DNA of 64,000 nucleotides from Lepidodermella squamata (lineage: Eukaryota; Animalia; Gastrotricha), in NCBI GenBank assembly GCA_047495785.1, contig JBLDXI010000034.1:620001-684000 (forward strand), given 5' to 3'. The position numbers and the translations under genes were made by a program. The notes beneath the pieces are model-generated. The model made no database searches. It saw nothing but the letters and a program-made list of their open reading frames with translations, and was not told the origin of the DNA. Below are positions 62,197 to 64,000 of this stretch, piece after piece; position 1 is the stretch's first letter; every line of letters starts with the position of its first letter.

Positions 62197-63966
62197 TTAA
62201 TAGCAATAGAAAGAAGAGCCAACCTTCGCTTTAGGAACAAAATTAAGCTTCAGTTTAATATACGGACGCCGATTGTACGGGACTTTATCCTGGTTGTTGT
62301 GATACAAGTAATTAACGCTGCAAAATGTCGTCTCGGTGGCTACTGGTAACCCCCTCGCACGCCGGAAAGCCTCGATTCTCGCATCCATGATGTCGCATTT
62401 CAGCAAATGCTCGCCATCTCCAATTCGCTGTGTCCACGTCCAGATGACGTTATCAATCCAATCCTTTTTCTTCTTGAGACTGACTAGAATAGGGAAAGAA
62501 GTAATTCTGTCCGCCTCAGCTGTTTTTCGTGCGATTGTCAAGCCATATTGCCGGTAGATGGGTGGGTTTGACCCAGGATCCAGGCAAAATGCTGGCCCGC
62601 CTGAGTCACCCTCGAAAACGCCAGTACCAAGTTTTCCCATATCGCCAGATTGAAGAATATCTAAAGCCCGAGAGAAAGAGACGTAGGAGTGTAGGCAGAA
62701 GACTTCGTCATCTAGCTTCATATTGAGGTGCGTCTCGCAATGATCCTTAAGACGGCGGTAAAATCGAGCGATTTGAGGCTTTTTGGGCAGGAAATATTTG
62801 ATTTCCTCGCCTATTTTCATCACGGTCACTCGATTCCCGTTTCTGGTCTGGTTAAGCGTGATTGTTTTCTCGATAAATTTTCTGTCCTGTCCCCAGCCTG
62901 AAAAAACTGAATTTCGAGAAAAAGAGGCGTTTCGAAATTGTTACCCATCAAAAAGCAAATTTTGTCGTCACGAAAACTAAGTTCCTCTCCCATTTCATCA
63001 AGACCGTTCGAGTTGGGTGGTAACGGTGCTATGAATTCGCTGAATGAATCATCGGAAGAGGGTAAGGTACAAAGGATCCTTTCTTTACGGTGGGCAGGAT
63101 CAGTAGTGAAGTTAAGCATCGAACTATTTTCCACACGGAGATGGAGTAGCGCAATGTCGTTAGCAAAAGAATTTCTGCCATAGCCCACTGTTGTAACAAA
63201 ATTCTAAGCATTTTTGTTGTTTCTTTTTTCGGAAATCTCACCTGAAAGTTCCTTGTAATCGGAATGAAAGGCGTAGTGATCGACCGGAATATCGACGTAC
63301 TTGTGATTCTTCAGATCAATAGCATGACTACCCAGCCTAACGACCACCTCAAATTTTCGTTCGCATTTTTGAGGTGCGTAGCCATCGGACCAAATCCTAA
63401 AGATCAATAATTATCGAAAATTGGAATTTCAAGGGATGAAAAACTAACATTTTAGTCTTATCTTGAAAGTCTTGCATACAATGAGCTGCTGTGAGCACGA
63501 ATTGCGGATGGATCAGTGTCCCAGTGCAGACCCTTTTGTATTTTCTAAAATGCGAACAAAACTTAGCGAACAGACTCGGTTAACGGTATATTCACCCGAA
63601 TCTGTTTTTGATTTCACCATCAGTTTCGTTTCTGAAAAATCAGGTTTATGAAAGCTGAAAGCTGATCAGACCTTTCCTTACCGTCGCATGATCATCGCGA
63701 GCCACGGCGCAGCTCCAGGCGGTATCACTGCTCCATTTGTGATGCGTTTCGCCATTTTCGCTTTGAATTGAATATCATAAGCCGGACCAAAATGCGGCGA
63801 CATGCATCTCCTTGCTGCAAAGCAGAATCTGACTTGAATATGGGATAATTTCGAATGTAATGGTAATACTTTCTTTCGAATTCGCTGTGATATTCACTGG
63901 GCTTTGAGTGAACGAGCAATTTGACCACCGAGCCACAACAATTACCAATAAAATGGAAGATTTCAT
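62197..63966 (-). CDS. Secreted S1-family serine protease 2 (multi-exon)
   Basis: Signal MKSSILLVIVVA; KR-ITNG; VLTAAHC (~63475-63500), NDIALLHL, GDSGGP; paralogue of protease 1. Confidence 0.85.
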
Positions 63967-64000
63967 CTCGCTTTATGAAAAAACACGATCTCTTCGAAAT

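Noticed and set aside
1-64000. Prokaryotic or endosymbiont origin of the contig (ankyrin-rich)
   Set aside because: Spliceosomal introns and eukaryotic TE superfamilies occur throughout.

Overview
Eukaryotic, probably invertebrate, genomic DNA: short 49-70 nt GT-AG introns and dense DNA transposons and retroelements. The species cannot be assigned. Host genes: (i) a tandem array of about 17-repeat ankyrin proteins with a signal-peptide mini-exon that the ORF track misses (one intact copy at 8814-10731; others frameshifted or truncated, with patchwork identity between copies); (ii) an intronless secreted, probably GPI-type, PQQ/BamB-like beta-propeller; (iii) a 5-exon coiled-coil/CAP-Gly gene; (iv) three ankyrin+SOCS-box (ASB-like) copies, all apparently damaged; (v) an intact 11-exon gene encoding 3 ZZ fingers, a DUF4781-like region and a C-terminal domain with BECR/polymorphic-toxin-like motifs; (vi) two atypical secreted S1 serine proteases. 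The region 18.15-37.7 kb is a resolvable nest of mobile elements: hammerhead-like core < Copia < Harbinger-like element < 17 kb Sola1 < MULE, LINEs and MITEs. Other notable elements are a Penelope-type minimal hammerhead ribozyme and a palindromic MITE carrying two divergent tRNA-Gly-like units. All family assignments are by motif recognition; no database search was run.
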